IMG/VR virus record: IMGVR_UViG_3300031521_000016 | Location: 35,895-99,894 of that record | Length of the DNA stretch: 64,000 bases | Direction: 5' to 3' (one strand) | DNA from: a virus | Lineage: Duplodnaviria > Heunggongvirae > Uroviricota > Caudoviricetes | Shown here: piece after piece, positions 53,463 through 63,256 of the stretch | How the letters are laid out: each line of letters starts with the position of its first letter | Position numbering within the stretch: the first letter of the stretch is position 1 | The notes under the pieces: generated by a model | What the model was told of the DNA's origin: nothing | Seen by the model: the letters and a program-made list of their open reading frames with translations, nothing else | Databases searched by the model: none | Position numbers and translations under genes: made by a program

Positions 53463-53472
53463 AAATATAACA
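53463..53472 (-). promoter_or_regulatory. TGTTATATTT motif
   Basis: 34 nt upstream of the start at 53429. Confidence 0.35.
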
Positions 53473-53495
53473 CATGTTCTAGCACAAAGAAAATA

Positions 53496-53984
53496 TCATT
53501 TGACATGTTTCAATACAGCGAATAATGTAGAGTATGTACCAATTTTATCGTCATATCCACCCTTAAATAAGCTATAATTTCTTATCTTTACACCATTTTT
53601 ACTTATGCCGATTCTGTACAAATATTTGTCGCGATTCTTATGTTCATCATACCACAAATTATCTTCTTCGTCGTACCTAAATCCATTATCGTATAGTGAT
53701 TGAACGATATCGATAACCGGCACGTAACCAGTGTAACGCTTAATAGTTTTATAGTCAAATCTTAGACCTCCAAAATACATTGTATAGTATCTATCATGAT
53801 CACCGTTGGATGTTAAAAGATCGAATATTACTTCACCAATATGTGATATTGCAGCTAATTCTTTTTCTACTTCTAAGATATAGTCAGAAATAGTAAAATA
53901 ATCTAACGCATACACCATATACGGGTATGTACTATTTATTGTAACTTCTATTTTATATAAGAGTCTGGTCGGAATTGATTCCAT
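53496..53984 (-). CDS. hypothetical protein
   Basis: Track ORF. Confidence 0.5.
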   Translation of the reverse strand: MESIPTRLLYKIEVTINSTYPYMVYALDYFTISDYILEVEKELAAISHIGEVIFDLLTSNGDHDRYYTMYFGGLRFDYKTIKRYTGYVPVIDIVQSLYDNGFRYDEEDNLWYDEHKNRDKYLYRIGISKNGVKIRNYSLFKGGYDDKIGTYSTLFAVLKHVK

Positions 53985-54250
53985 GTAAGTGCTGGTTTTG
54001 TTATAGACATTAAAGAGTCTTCTGTTATAAATAAGACAGTTTCTGGGAAAAATCTTGCTTCAAATTCGAATATTAATTTTGCTTCACTTATACTGAATAA
54101 TTTATCTTCATTATGAAATGAAACAGGAGAAATTTCAACTAAATGACAATCTGTATATTCGATAAACTGATAACGAATAGAAATTTCAGGATACTGCTTA
54201 CTTAGCTCCGTCAATTTCGTGTTTAAATAATTTTTTGATTCTCGATTCAT
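53948..54250 (-). CDS. hypothetical protein
   Basis: Track ORF. Confidence 0.4.
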   Translation of the reverse strand: MNRESKNYLNTKLTELSKQYPEISIRYQFIEYTDCHLVEISPVSFHNEDKLFSISEAKLIFEFEARFFPETVLFITEDSLMSITKPALTWNQFRPDSYIK

Positions 54251-54261
54251 ATAGCGCTAAA

Positions 54262-54291
54262 AACCCTCCAAATAGAATTATGAGGAGGGTT
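54262..54291 (-). terminator. hairpin AACCCTCC...GGAGGGTT followed by TTTTTAG, lying between a promoter-like motif and a start codon
   Basis: 8-bp stem with a 14-nt loop; an unusual position that could be an attenuator-like element. Confidence 0.35.
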
Positions 54292-54301
54292 AAATATAAC
54301 A
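54292..54301 (-). promoter_or_regulatory. TGTTATATTT motif
   Basis: Upstream of hairpin 54262-54291 and the start at 54250. Confidence 0.35.
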
Positions 54302-54318
54302 AAATATTGCAAAACGAA

Positions 54319-54915
54319 TTACATCGTCTGTTTTCTTTTATTTTTCCATTCAGTATATGGCATTTTGACATCTTTTTCTGTATCACCATCTTTTACTTTT
54401 AGTGTTACATCTTTTCCATCATAGTCATAAAGATAGAACGTACCTAAATCGTCAGCTCTATATTTATTTCCCAATTCAATCTTATCTTGAATAGAGTTAC
54501 CAACAGCAACTTCTTCAATTTTACCGATTTGAATTTTGAATTTTCTACCCTTTTTGTCTCTTAGTACGATAAGAACTTTATTAGGATCTACTTTCTTTGC
54601 TTCTGCAGCAGTTTCGATAGGTTTGATAATGTCTTTCTTATCTTTGCCAAATTCTTCCATACCTACTACATCTAATTCAGATTCTAGTCTATTGAAAGGT
54701 GGTTCGCCTGCTGGTGTATCAAATTCTGGACCTTCATTGTTTATTACTGCAGTAAAAGGTTTACCAGCAGAAAGAAGATCGAAAAAGTAAGATGCTACTA
54801 CCGGTACGCTTAAGCTTTTTGAAGCAGTACCTTTATCACCTGGTTGGTATGCTGCAATTCTACCTTCTGCTAGCATAGTAAAACCATCGAAGGTTTTGAT
54901 TTTTTTATAACCCAT
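54319..54915 (-). CDS. hypothetical protein (possible head-assembly protein by position)
   Basis: Track ORF two genes downstream of the portal-like gene. Confidence 0.45.
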   Translation of the reverse strand: MGYKKIKTFDGFTMLAEGRIAAYQPGDKGTASKSLSVPVVASYFFDLLSAGKPFTAVINNEGPEFDTPAGEPPFNRLESELDVVGMEEFGKDKKDIIKPIETAAEAKKVDPNKVLIVLRDKKGRKFKIQIGKIEEVAVGNSIQDKIELGNKYRADDLGTFYLYDYDGKDVTLKVKDGDTEKDVKMPYTEWKNKRKQTM

Positions 54916-54928
54916 TGTCTTGTTTATT

Positions 54929-55246
54929 TTATGTTATTTTAATCCAGCCTTCTCCGCCTGGACCACATTCATTTTCTATAGTTATCTTTATCAGTTTTTG
55001 ATTCTCATAACCTCCAGCTCTTATAGCTATTGGCATAAATTCTTTTTCTAACATCTCTTCATCGAAGGGATGACTATCTCCTAAGCATACAAATACATGA
55101 TTCTCTTTCTCGTTAAGATATACATCACCGTATTCACCATTGCAAAGAATTGCAATGGCATACGCATAATGTTGAAGTTTAGCAAAATCGATAGGTCCCG
55201 GATATTTAACGTCTTCGTTAAATTCTTTGTATTTCTTTATTCTCAT
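54929..55246 (-). CDS. hypothetical protein
   Basis: Track ORF. Confidence 0.45.
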   Translation of the reverse strand: MRIKKYKEFNEDVKYPGPIDFAKLQHYAYAIAILCNGEYGDVYLNEKENHVFVCLGDSHPFDEEMLEKEFMPIAIRAGGYENQKLIKITIENECGPGGEGWIKIT

Positions 55247-56964
55247 TAGATTGCAGGTTTTGTTTCTTCAGCAGCAGGTTCAGGAGTACTTTCTGGTTCA
55301 GGAGTAGTTGCTGGTTCAGGAGTAGATGATGATCCAGAACCTGAGCTATCACTAGATGGTTCAGATGATGATGAACTTCCTCCAGCTGGAGCTGATGGAG
55401 CAGTATAACTTAGTCCTCCTGCGGACGCAGTATTTTCACCACCATTTTCTTCTTCATCTTCTTTAATCATACGTTCATTCATAGCTAATACGTCCTTATC
55501 CATGTGTAAATATTGTTGAACTAAGAATCTCATAGAGAAGAATGGTTTGCCTTCTGCCTTTTGAAGCTGTGACATAGAACCGATAAATTCTAGACGCTTA
55601 GTCATAATCTCTTGTTCTCTGATTTCTTCGAACATGTTATCTTTAACGAAACGCAATCCTAATGATGACTTAAACAGCTCATCATCTTCAAGATGATTAT
55701 ATTTAAGACACATTTGAATCCAGAGTGGTTTCAACAATATTTCTTGGAATGCTGAACGAATTCTGCTTACAAATTTACCGAAACGTACTTCTTCACGGTC
55801 TACACCAGTAGCAGCCGAACCAGACATTTGTCCACCAGAATTGGCTTTATCGAAACGAGCAAAAGGAATTTTTGAATCTTCTTTAAGCTTATTCATCCAA
55901 TACATCAATAGTGTACTATTTTGTAAGTCTGGACCATCACCACCCATAGTGGATATATCTATTTGTTCACCGTTCTTAGAAGGGAATAAGTAATTCTTGT
56001 AGAATTGACCTACAGAAGGTGATCCGTTGATTCTTAATTGGCCATCGTTAGAATCCAAGATTATGTCTTCTTTATAGATCGCCATTAATTCAGCTAAGGT
56101 TTCTTTTGCTTTCTGAGGAGATTTCGATCCAATTGGAACAATCATTTTTACTCTCCAAGTAGCATTCATCATAGTCCACATAACCATTGCATTCTCGATC
56201 ATTCTTAGAAGATTGAAAGAACGTACCAGATTTTCAACGTATGATATTCTTGAAGGTAAATTGCCTTTAGCATAAGAGATGTATACAACTTGTGTATCAT
56301 ATAGCATTCTTGTCATAGCAGGTCTATCAGGGTAAAGGTACCATACCTTTTTCATTATTCCGTTTTCCTGTAAGACATCAGGCTTCAGAAATGCGGCATC
56401 TAATTCTTTAAACCCTAGTACATTTTCACCTTTTGCATCAAATACAATTTCAAATGCTAGTACTCCATCTACTAAAAATTGACGGAAATATTGCCAACCT
56501 GTGATATCAGCTCCAAATCCATGTCTATTATAGATTCGTTTATATTCATCACTTATGGCATCTCTTATTTCCTCACTTATATCTAAGTTTGCCACAGAAG
56601 GATAAGCAAAATAGTTAGTTTCATCATATACAATACCTTCATCAGCAAGTGTGGTCATCATGAAATCGATTTCACCATTTAAAGCAAATTTTCTCAGATA
56701 ATCTCTTCGTGATGGGTAATCTTTATCGAAAATAGCTGTGTACTTTTTCTGTGAAACATCAGCTAATGCAAATGCATAAGCTAAATCTTTTGGAGCATAT
56801 TCTCCCAGTGTAGCTTCAGTAGGTCCGATAGCTCTTGAATTTCGTATGACTAGATCATCATACTTCATCCCTAAACTAGATATCTTTCGGATACCATCAC
56901 CTACACTGACAAGTGATTTAACTCCAAAACGATCAAAAAATCCGCTTTCAAATAATTTAGACAT
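55246..56964 (-). CDS. portal protein (T4 gp20-like)
   Basis: FGKFVSRIRSAFQEILLKPLWIQMCLK, ENAMVMWTMMNATWRVKMIVPIG and the following helical segment align with T4 gp20 ([50 protein letters not shown]). C-terminal S/P/E-rich tail. Confidence 0.65.
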   Translation of the reverse strand: MSKLFESGFFDRFGVKSLVSVGDGIRKISSLGMKYDDLVIRNSRAIGPTEATLGEYAPKDLAYAFALADVSQKKYTAIFDKDYPSRRDYLRKFALNGEIDFMMTTLADEGIVYDETNYFAYPSVANLDISEEIRDAISDEYKRIYNRHGFGADITGWQYFRQFLVDGVLAFEIVFDAKGENVLGFKELDAAFLKPDVLQENGIMKKVWYLYPDRPAMTRMLYDTQVVYISYAKGNLPSRISYVENLVRSFNLLRMIENAMVMWTMMNATWRVKMIVPIGSKSPQKAKETLAELMAIYKEDIILDSNDGQLRINGSPSVGQFYKNYLFPSKNGEQIDISTMGGDGPDLQNSTLLMYWMNKLKEDSKIPFARFDKANSGGQMSGSAATGVDREEVRFGKFVSRIRSAFQEILLKPLWIQMCLKYNHLEDDELFKSSLGLRFVKDNMFEEIREQEIMTKRLEFIGSMSQLQKAEGKPFFSMRFLVQQYLHMDKDVLAMNERMIKEDEEENGGENTASAGGLSYTAPSAPAGGSSSSSEPSSDSSGSGSSSTPEPATTPEPESTPEPAAEETKPAI

Positions 56965-57727
56965 TATTAGTATTTATTTTTCTCCCTGGATACAATATCA
57001 TCTCTTGTATTTTTATTTTGTATGAAAATGGTGTAAGAAAATAAGTGTTCATACCATCATTATACCAACGCTTAGATATAGCTGCATTTGACATATTTGA
57101 TATTGCTATATTTGAATATAGGTTAGATTTTAATGTAGGTTTAATTCTTTTCTTATATGGTTTACTTTTCTTCAGAATGGGATTTTTATACTTCCATATA
57201 AATCCCATAGAATATTCTCGTTCTCCTCTGCAGCAATCTGTTACATGTCCGATACCTAATGTTCTCTGTATTTCTTTAGCTGAAGGCCATTCTTTTATAA
57301 AAACTCCATCTAGATCATATTGCAATACAACCTTACTTCTATTAGAATTTAGATTGTTTATTAATCTTTCACGATGAATATATGAATAAGCTTCTCTTGC
57401 TTCAGCATATCCTTTGCTAGAATATTTAGATGGTCGTTGTTTAAAGTTTTTTCCTGTGAATAGACTTGTGAATGCATTAAATGCATAAGCTGATGCTCTA
57501 TTTCTATATATTCTCCATAGTAACCAATGTGCAATAAAATGTTCTCTAGCTGTCAAAAATACTAGATTTGTATCTTCATCGCCACCTCCCATAGATTTCA
57601 TAATAATATGATGACGTTCATAATATACACCATATTCTTTTACTCTATCTCTACGAGTTTCTATCAAGCTATGATAATGCCAAATATAATTCATTTTATA
57701 TATCGTCCTCGTCAAAGAATAAGTCAT
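56957..57727 (-). CDS. HNH homing endonuclease
   Basis: ERHHIIMKSMGGGDEDTNLVFLTAREHFIAH HNH motif. Confidence 0.7.
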   Translation of the reverse strand: MTYSLTRTIYKMNYIWHYHSLIETRRDRVKEYGVYYERHHIIMKSMGGGDEDTNLVFLTAREHFIAHWLLWRIYRNRASAYAFNAFTSLFTGKNFKQRPSKYSSKGYAEAREAYSYIHRERLINNLNSNRSKVVLQYDLDGVFIKEWPSAKEIQRTLGIGHVTDCCRGEREYSMGFIWKYKNPILKKSKPYKKRIKPTLKSNLYSNIAISNMSNAAISKRWYNDGMNTYFLTPFSYKIKIQEMILYPGRKINTNNV

Positions 57728-58382
57728 ATTTTATGTCATTCAGAGTAGTATTCTTTTCTTCGAAGACATTTATTTCTTCAGTTGCAGTTTTATTGTACTC
57801 TTCAGGAATTTCTTTCTCTTTTTCTTTTTTGACTTTCTTTTCTTTTATTTTCTTAATCGCAACAGTATTTTCTTTATTCCAGTCAAATACTAATCCGTTA
57901 TAGTTTATATTCCCAAATTTATGTCTTGGTAAAGTAGGCAGTTTACCCCAGTCCTCTTTTTCAATTTTACCACACTTTAGAATATACGAATTGAAATATT
58001 CTTTTCTAGTATGAATCATGAATGATGTAGACAAAGATGCTACATTATCATGCTTCAGAAAATCATGCATAGTCTTTTCATTAAAATAGAGAAGATTGAA
58101 TCCTATAAATGCATCAGCTTTAACTTCTAAAACATAAGTTATGCATAATCTATGCCATTTATCTGTATCTTTTGCATTTGCTCCGTATGTAAAAATGTAG
58201 ATGTTTCCTTTTTCTAGAGGCTGAGTAGTTTCATTTTCTTTCAGAATATTCAAGAAATAGTCTGCAGTTTTCAATTTGTTAATCGAGATTTTCTCCTTTC
58301 TATAGACTTTAGAAAATTCAGTATCTAAATTTTTTATAGTTTCTATAAGCTTTTCTAGATTGTACACTTTATTGGTTTCCAT
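57696..58382 (-). CDS. hypothetical protein
   Basis: Track ORF. Confidence 0.45.
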   Translation of the reverse strand: METNKVYNLEKLIETIKNLDTEFSKVYRKEKISINKLKTADYFLNILKENETTQPLEKGNIYIFTYGANAKDTDKWHRLCITYVLEVKADAFIGFNLLYFNEKTMHDFLKHDNVASLSTSFMIHTRKEYFNSYILKCGKIEKEDWGKLPTLPRHKFGNINYNGLVFDWNKENTVAIKKIKEKKVKKEKEKEIPEEYNKTATEEINVFEEKNTTLNDIKYDLFFDEDDI

Positions 58383-58878
58383 ATAAGAATTTTTCTGTTA
58401 CTATCATAAATTGCCAGCCTCTATCTTCAGCCCATTTCTTAGCAGTTTGAAATTTATGCATATTTATAGCATATTCTTTCATTTGTTCATTATGGGCTAA
58501 AATACGTTTTTCCGTTAGTCTGCTAGTAGGGAGTGTTGGTTTTTCAAGCTTCTTTGACGGTTTCACTTCTATGATGAATTCAGTAAATGTACCGTCAGCT
58601 TGTCTTACTTTCATATAGAAGTCTAAGTTATATATGCAAGTTTTATTTTGGATAGGATGTAAGTATGGAATCTGAATAGACTCCGATGACCATTTTACTA
58701 CTTGTGCATTTATATCGCAAAAGGTAGCAAATTTCTGTTCCCAGCTAGATCTAAATATTATCTTAGAGTAATCTCCAACATATTTTTCTGGGTATATGAT
58801 CTTGTAATAGCCCTGTTTCGTAGCAGCATTTTTACGAGGGACTAAATTTTTTATGTTTAAGCTTCTTCCCATAATCAA
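58369..58878 (-). CDS. hypothetical protein (possible PD-(D/E)xK nuclease fold)
   Basis: NLDFYMKV...EFIIEVKPS resembles a D...ExK motif; weak. Confidence 0.35.
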   Translation of the reverse strand: MIMGRSLNIKNLVPRKNAATKQGYYKIIYPEKYVGDYSKIIFRSSWEQKFATFCDINAQVVKWSSESIQIPYLHPIQNKTCIYNLDFYMKVRQADGTFTEFIIEVKPSKKLEKPTLPTSRLTEKRILAHNEQMKEYAINMHKFQTAKKWAEDRGWQFMIVTEKFLYGNQ

Positions 58879-59222
58879 AAATTATGTACACCATCTGTTT
58901 CAGATATCGAAACTTTCATTGAAGATTTAACTGGATAGAGGTCTCTCCAGCCTTTTGCCATACCATTTTTACACATCTGTGTATAATATGCAAAAGCATT
59001 TGATGATTTAGTGGGATCAAAACTGCGCCAGTATTTTATGCAATCTTCTATCGCATATGATATACAATCTTGTCTATCATCTTCATATTTGTACTTAAAG
59101 ACTTTCGAAATTTCATTCGCCATTCTCATTAGTAATTCAACAGCTCTAGGAGTTAGTACTCCGGCTTCTTTAGATTTTATAATCTCAGCTAACAATTCTT
59201 TATTGTCACAGTATTTGGCCAT
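58875..59222 (-). CDS. late sigma factor (T4 gp55-like)
   Basis: DNKELLAEIIKSK, ISYAIEDCIKYWRSFD and SNAFAYYTQMC parallel T4 gp55 (NNKELLQAIIDWK; IADGIEASIKGLHNFD; NPHAYITQAC). Confidence 0.6.
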   Translation of the reverse strand: MAKYCDNKELLAEIIKSKEAGVLTPRAVELLMRMANEISKVFKYKYEDDRQDCISYAIEDCIKYWRSFDPTKSSNAFAYYTQMCKNGMAKGWRDLYPVKSSMKVSISETDGVHNF

Positions 59223-59315
59223 TTTAGTAAATGATATTAGTTATTCTGAACTATTATTAGTAGTAGAGAATTTATAGTATTTATATGGCTAGCTGTTATT
59301 AGTTCTAACAACAAA

Positions 59316-59344
59316 AAGCCTGAATGAAATTAATCACTCAGGCT
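59316..59344 (-). terminator. hairpin AAGCCTGA...TCAGGCTT followed by TTTTTGTTG
   Basis: Downstream of the 858-aa gene stop. Confidence 0.5.
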
Positions 59345-59365
59345 TTTCATGAAATATATTAAATA

Positions 59366-61942
59366 TTAGTCTAGTTCTGGTTTATCTTTAGATTCCATTA
59401 CTTTCTTAACTTCTTTAGGATATGCATCATAAATTGCGTTAAGTACTCCATTATAGTCTTCATCATCATCACTGATTTTGTGTGATTTCTTAAGAGTTTT
59501 AATTTCTTTTATGATTTCAGTGAAACTTACTTCTCCGATGTTTGCTTTTACTTCTTTCAGTGCAGCTTTAGCTTCTGATGAAGCTTCATTTAAATCTGCA
59601 TTCATAGCATCTAAAAGTCCTTTAACACCACTGATTGTTCCGTTGATACTTTCATTTGAAGTAAAAACTGCATTCATATCGTCACGAATTTTTTCTAGTG
59701 AGTCAAGTGCTTTTGCAAGTTTAGCTTTAATTGTATCTGGAGTTGGTTCTTCTTCCTCTTCTGTTTCTTCAGATTCTGGTTCTTCTTCAGGTTCTGGTTC
59801 TTCTTCAGGTTCTTCTTCTGTAGCTGGTTCTTCTTCAGCAGCTGGTTCTTCTTCAGACTCAGGTGACTTTTCAACAGTTTCAGTTTTCTTTTTATCTGTA
59901 GGTGCTTCAGCATCAAAATCGATAGTCAAATTTTCTTCTTCTTCGAGTTCGTTTACTTTTACATTTCTTTTTTCTACAAATGCTAGTTCACCATCACATT
60001 CAACCTGTATCAATTCATCATCTCCTTTTGATGTATAGTCAGAAGCTAAAACATTTACTTCTTTACCTGCATATGGTCCTTCTTGATCATCAGATATTGT
60101 AGCTTTTACGTAAGAAGGTTCTCCTTCTTCTTCTGGATCAATAGCTGTAGCAGTAGGTGCATCTTCAGTTTCTTTAGATACAAGAGCTTCTTGTGGAAGC
60201 AATTCTTCTTCTTGAAGTTTATCTCCTACCTTTTCATTTTTATCAAATGCTTGTTTCTTTTCATCTTCAAGAGAATCTAATTCTGTAACAGAAATAGTTT
60301 TTGTAGTACCAGCAGAAGTTACTACTGTAACTTTTTTATTGCTACTATCAACTGATTGTACAGTAGCTTGTTCTCCTGATTTCAGTTTTACATCATCTCC
60401 TGGTGAAACACCAGCATCTGATACGGCAGATTCAAATTTCTTTAATTCTTCAGAAAGACTTCTGTAATCATTTCTTAGTTTAGAAAGTTGTGTAGTTAAA
60501 GTTTCTTCTAACTGTTTAACCTGAGCAGATGCTCCTAAGAATGGATCTTTTTTAACACCTTCTATTTTAGACATTTCAGCTTCTAAAATAGACATATTTT
60601 TCAAAAGTTCAGTTTGTTGTTTCTTGATACCGAAGATTGCAGCTTTATCTTTTTCAATATATTCTGCCAAAGATTCAGTTATATCGTATCCTAAAAATTC
60701 TAGAATAATATCTCTTGCTTGTGTTACGTTGATTCCAGTATAGAATTCATTAGTCATCATAGAATCATTTACTTTGTTCAAGTAAATTTGTTCATCAACT
60801 TTCATGAGTGTTACATAAGAACCTACATATCTTTTTGATGAGATAACTTTGGCGAAATCAATTTCATAGAAGTTTTCGAACATGTCAGTTACGAATTGGA
60901 TATCTGATGCAATTTTTGCTTCATCCAATCTGAACATTCCAGTTGATACTAAACTTTTTGCTATGTTGGTAGCTGGTACATTTTTACCGTTGAATTTTAC
61001 TACGGTTTTGTTTTCGTTTTCGAAAATTTCAACTTTATTTCTACCTACATAGAAAGATGCTTTCCCTTCTTTTACGAAGAAATGTGGAGAATTAATGATA
61101 CCGTAAGAACGTTTAATATTTTCCGATAATGTAGAAAATTCTTCTTGTCCTACTTTTTCTACCACAGAACCTACTTTCTTGTATACATCACCTTTAATAG
61201 TGAAGTATTCTTTTCCATTTTCTAAAAGAATTGGAGAATATACTGTCTGTAAATCTGAATTACCATTTTCAGCTATAAGTTGTAAACTACCATTTGATGA
61301 AGTTTGTACTTTCTTTAAGCTTTCTAGCAATTTTTTAGCACCACTGTGGAAAGTGAATTTAGAAAGTGTATCAATAACGTTACTTCTAGAAGAAGAAGTA
61401 GGGTCTTCAAAGTGATTTTCTAATTTTTCAACAGTAGCTTCGTATAAGAAATTACCCTTTCCCTGATTAAGCTCATATATAGCTTTAGAAAGTAGAACAC
61501 TTTCTTTACGGGCTTCGAAATTTTCTTTTAATGTCTTTAAAGATTCGCTAACATTATTGTCCCATGTGAAATTGCCTAATGCAATCATAAAGTCTTCAAT
61601 GATAAGATAATCCTGAGAAATGTTTTCTACCACATATCTTTCAAATTTATCCAACGTGTATCTTAAAGTTGGATAATGATAAGCTTGTGATTCTCTTATG
61701 TGTGATATAGCTTGTGCTATACCAAGATTCTTTACTCCTTCATACTTATCAGCAGTTTGAATAAATCTAGTAACATGCTTATCTGCATCCTTGATGTTCT
61801 TCAATTTTTCTACTATAGCTTTAGTCAATTGTTCTTCGGGTACAGAAGTGTATGTTTCAAGAACTTCTTTACAAACATTTTTGCACTCTAGTGATGTTGT
61901 TTTCTCTAAGAGTTTGTTTACTCGTTTGTTCAAATTAAGCAT
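59366..61942 (-). CDS. large coiled-coil protein with acidic EEEP tandem repeats (858 aa)
   Basis: Track ORF with long coiled-coil stretches and a repeat block (EEEPAAEEEPATEEEPEEEPEPEEEPESEE) encoded by 15-nt tandem repeats at about 59750-59870. Confidence 0.6.
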   Translation of the reverse strand: MLNLNKRVNKLLEKTTSLECKNVCKEVLETYTSVPEEQLTKAIVEKLKNIKDADKHVTRFIQTADKYEGVKNLGIAQAISHIRESQAYHYPTLRYTLDKFERYVVENISQDYLIIEDFMIALGNFTWDNNVSESLKTLKENFEARKESVLLSKAIYELNQGKGNFLYEATVEKLENHFEDPTSSSRSNVIDTLSKFTFHSGAKKLLESLKKVQTSSNGSLQLIAENGNSDLQTVYSPILLENGKEYFTIKGDVYKKVGSVVEKVGQEEFSTLSENIKRSYGIINSPHFFVKEGKASFYVGRNKVEIFENENKTVVKFNGKNVPATNIAKSLVSTGMFRLDEAKIASDIQFVTDMFENFYEIDFAKVISSKRYVGSYVTLMKVDEQIYLNKVNDSMMTNEFYTGINVTQARDIILEFLGYDITESLAEYIEKDKAAIFGIKKQQTELLKNMSILEAEMSKIEGVKKDPFLGASAQVKQLEETLTTQLSKLRNDYRSLSEELKKFESAVSDAGVSPGDDVKLKSGEQATVQSVDSSNKKVTVVTSAGTTKTISVTELDSLEDEKKQAFDKNEKVGDKLQEEELLPQEALVSKETEDAPTATAIDPEEEGEPSYVKATISDDQEGPYAGKEVNVLASDYTSKGDDELIQVECDGELAFVEKRNVKVNELEEEENLTIDFDAEAPTDKKKTETVEKSPESEEEPAAEEEPATEEEPEEEPEPEEEPESEETEEEEEPTPDTIKAKLAKALDSLEKIRDDMNAVFTSNESINGTISGVKGLLDAMNADLNEASSEAKAALKEVKANIGEVSFTEIIKEIKTLKKSHKISDDDEDYNGVLNAIYDAYPKEVKKVMESKDKPELD

Positions 61943-61981
61943 TTTTTATTTCGTTATTTTGTCTATATATTATTGTGTGCA

Positions 61982-62281
61982 TCATAAAAGCATAGATGTG
62001 TACATTCTCATCCTATCTCCCATTGTTGCAATTTGTGAGAAAATTTCATTTTTTCTTAAAGGGAGATTATCTCCATAGAATATTGCAGTCATAGCCGGAA
62101 TATCTTGCGACTGTAAATAATTCTCAAATGAGTCAAAATTAGACGTATTTTTTAGATACTCTTTAAAGTGTACTTTCACTTCATCATTTTTCAACGGTGA
62201 AATTACTACCAATCTATGAGGATATAAATCATATCTAAAAGAATATAGCTGATCCCAGGTAAAATCTTCTAGGTGTTTCAT
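61982..62281 (-). CDS. hypothetical protein
   Basis: Track ORF. Confidence 0.45.
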   Translation of the reverse strand: MKHLEDFTWDQLYSFRYDLYPHRLVVISPLKNDEVKVHFKEYLKNTSNFDSFENYLQSQDIPAMTAIFYGDNLPLRKNEIFSQIATMGDRMRMYTSMLL

Positions 62282-62346
62282 TTCTATTTAGTTTTTTGAG
62301 TTGTACATAATCTATTGAATATATATAACTTTCGTACACATATAAC

Positions 62347-63213
62347 TTACTCCCAATATCCTTCACCAAATTTTTGATTCTGTGATGGAATAGTAGAAGA
62401 TTCTGTAAATGGAGCAGTAAAAGTAACTCCATCATTTACTATTTGATTATCTAAAGATTGTTGTGTCAAGTCTAATGGATTCCCTAAGTCTGTAGGAGAT
62501 GTGCTTACAGTGCTTACATTAATCTGTGTATGTTGAATTGTAGATTGTGCGTGCATCTCTTGTTTTGGATCGAAGATAGGATAAAAGGTTTCTAATTCTA
62601 GATCGAAAGTTATAGTAGTTCTGCTATTTTCGCCGTACGTATAATCGAACAACTTTGTATTCGTATATGACTCTGGAAATCCTACTTGAACTGGTACTAC
62701 TGTACCACCATAATTTACTCTATAAACTAGAGTCTTGTAGAATATTTTGATAAGCTCTTGTGTAATCTTAAATGAATCAATGACTGAATCTACTAAGACT
62801 GTCACTGTAAAGTTCATGCTCAATGGTATAGAATTCAAGTATGAATTATATCTGTTAAGTTGACCCTCTTCTTCTTTTGTATAGAATCCTCTAACGAATC
62901 TACTAGTCATTTGACCAGATAGGACTGAAGTGCCAGTTAATGATAATGAACCTCTTGGAATTGGATCGTAATTTCCTTCTATCATGTTGGGTTTACAGTC
63001 ACCCCAATCTATGAAATAGTCTTGTATAAAACGTTCATCGCCTGAAAATGCATAATAAAAGGGTACCTGAATCACATTAGTAACAGTATCAGACTCTATA
63101 TTATTGATAGAAATCTTACCATTCAGTGAATTGATAAGACCAACTATGATTGTTCTAATTAGTACATCGTCAGTATTATACTTATGATTAAATCCACTTT
63201 TTTCTGTTATCAT
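62347..63213 (-). CDS. hypothetical structural protein (C-terminal ...GYWE as in T4 tail tube gp19 ...DYWE)
   Basis: Track ORF. Only the C-terminal motif matches T4 gp19; the length (288 aa) differs. Confidence 0.4.
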   Translation of the reverse strand: MITEKSGFNHKYNTDDVLIRTIIVGLINSLNGKISINNIESDTVTNVIQVPFYYAFSGDERFIQDYFIDWGDCKPNMIEGNYDPIPRGSLSLTGTSVLSGQMTSRFVRGFYTKEEEGQLNRYNSYLNSIPLSMNFTVTVLVDSVIDSFKITQELIKIFYKTLVYRVNYGGTVVPVQVGFPESYTNTKLFDYTYGENSRTTITFDLELETFYPIFDPKQEMHAQSTIQHTQINVSTVSTSPTDLGNPLDLTQQSLDNQIVNDGVTFTAPFTESSTIPSQNQKFGEGYWE

Positions 63214-63256
63214 TTCCTTATTATTTATTCTATATATTAAGTGTGTACAGAGTGTA

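Noticed and set aside
54198-54389. ORF 54198-54389 (-)
   Set aside because: It overlaps both flanking genes and spans the intergenic hairpin and promoter motif, so it is most likely non-coding.
59478-60280. Plus-strand ORFs 59478-60038 and 60083-60280 and minus ORF 59695-59916
   Set aside because: They are antisense or alternative-frame readings of the EEEP tandem-repeat block of the 858-aa gene. They are serine- or lysine-rich artefacts.
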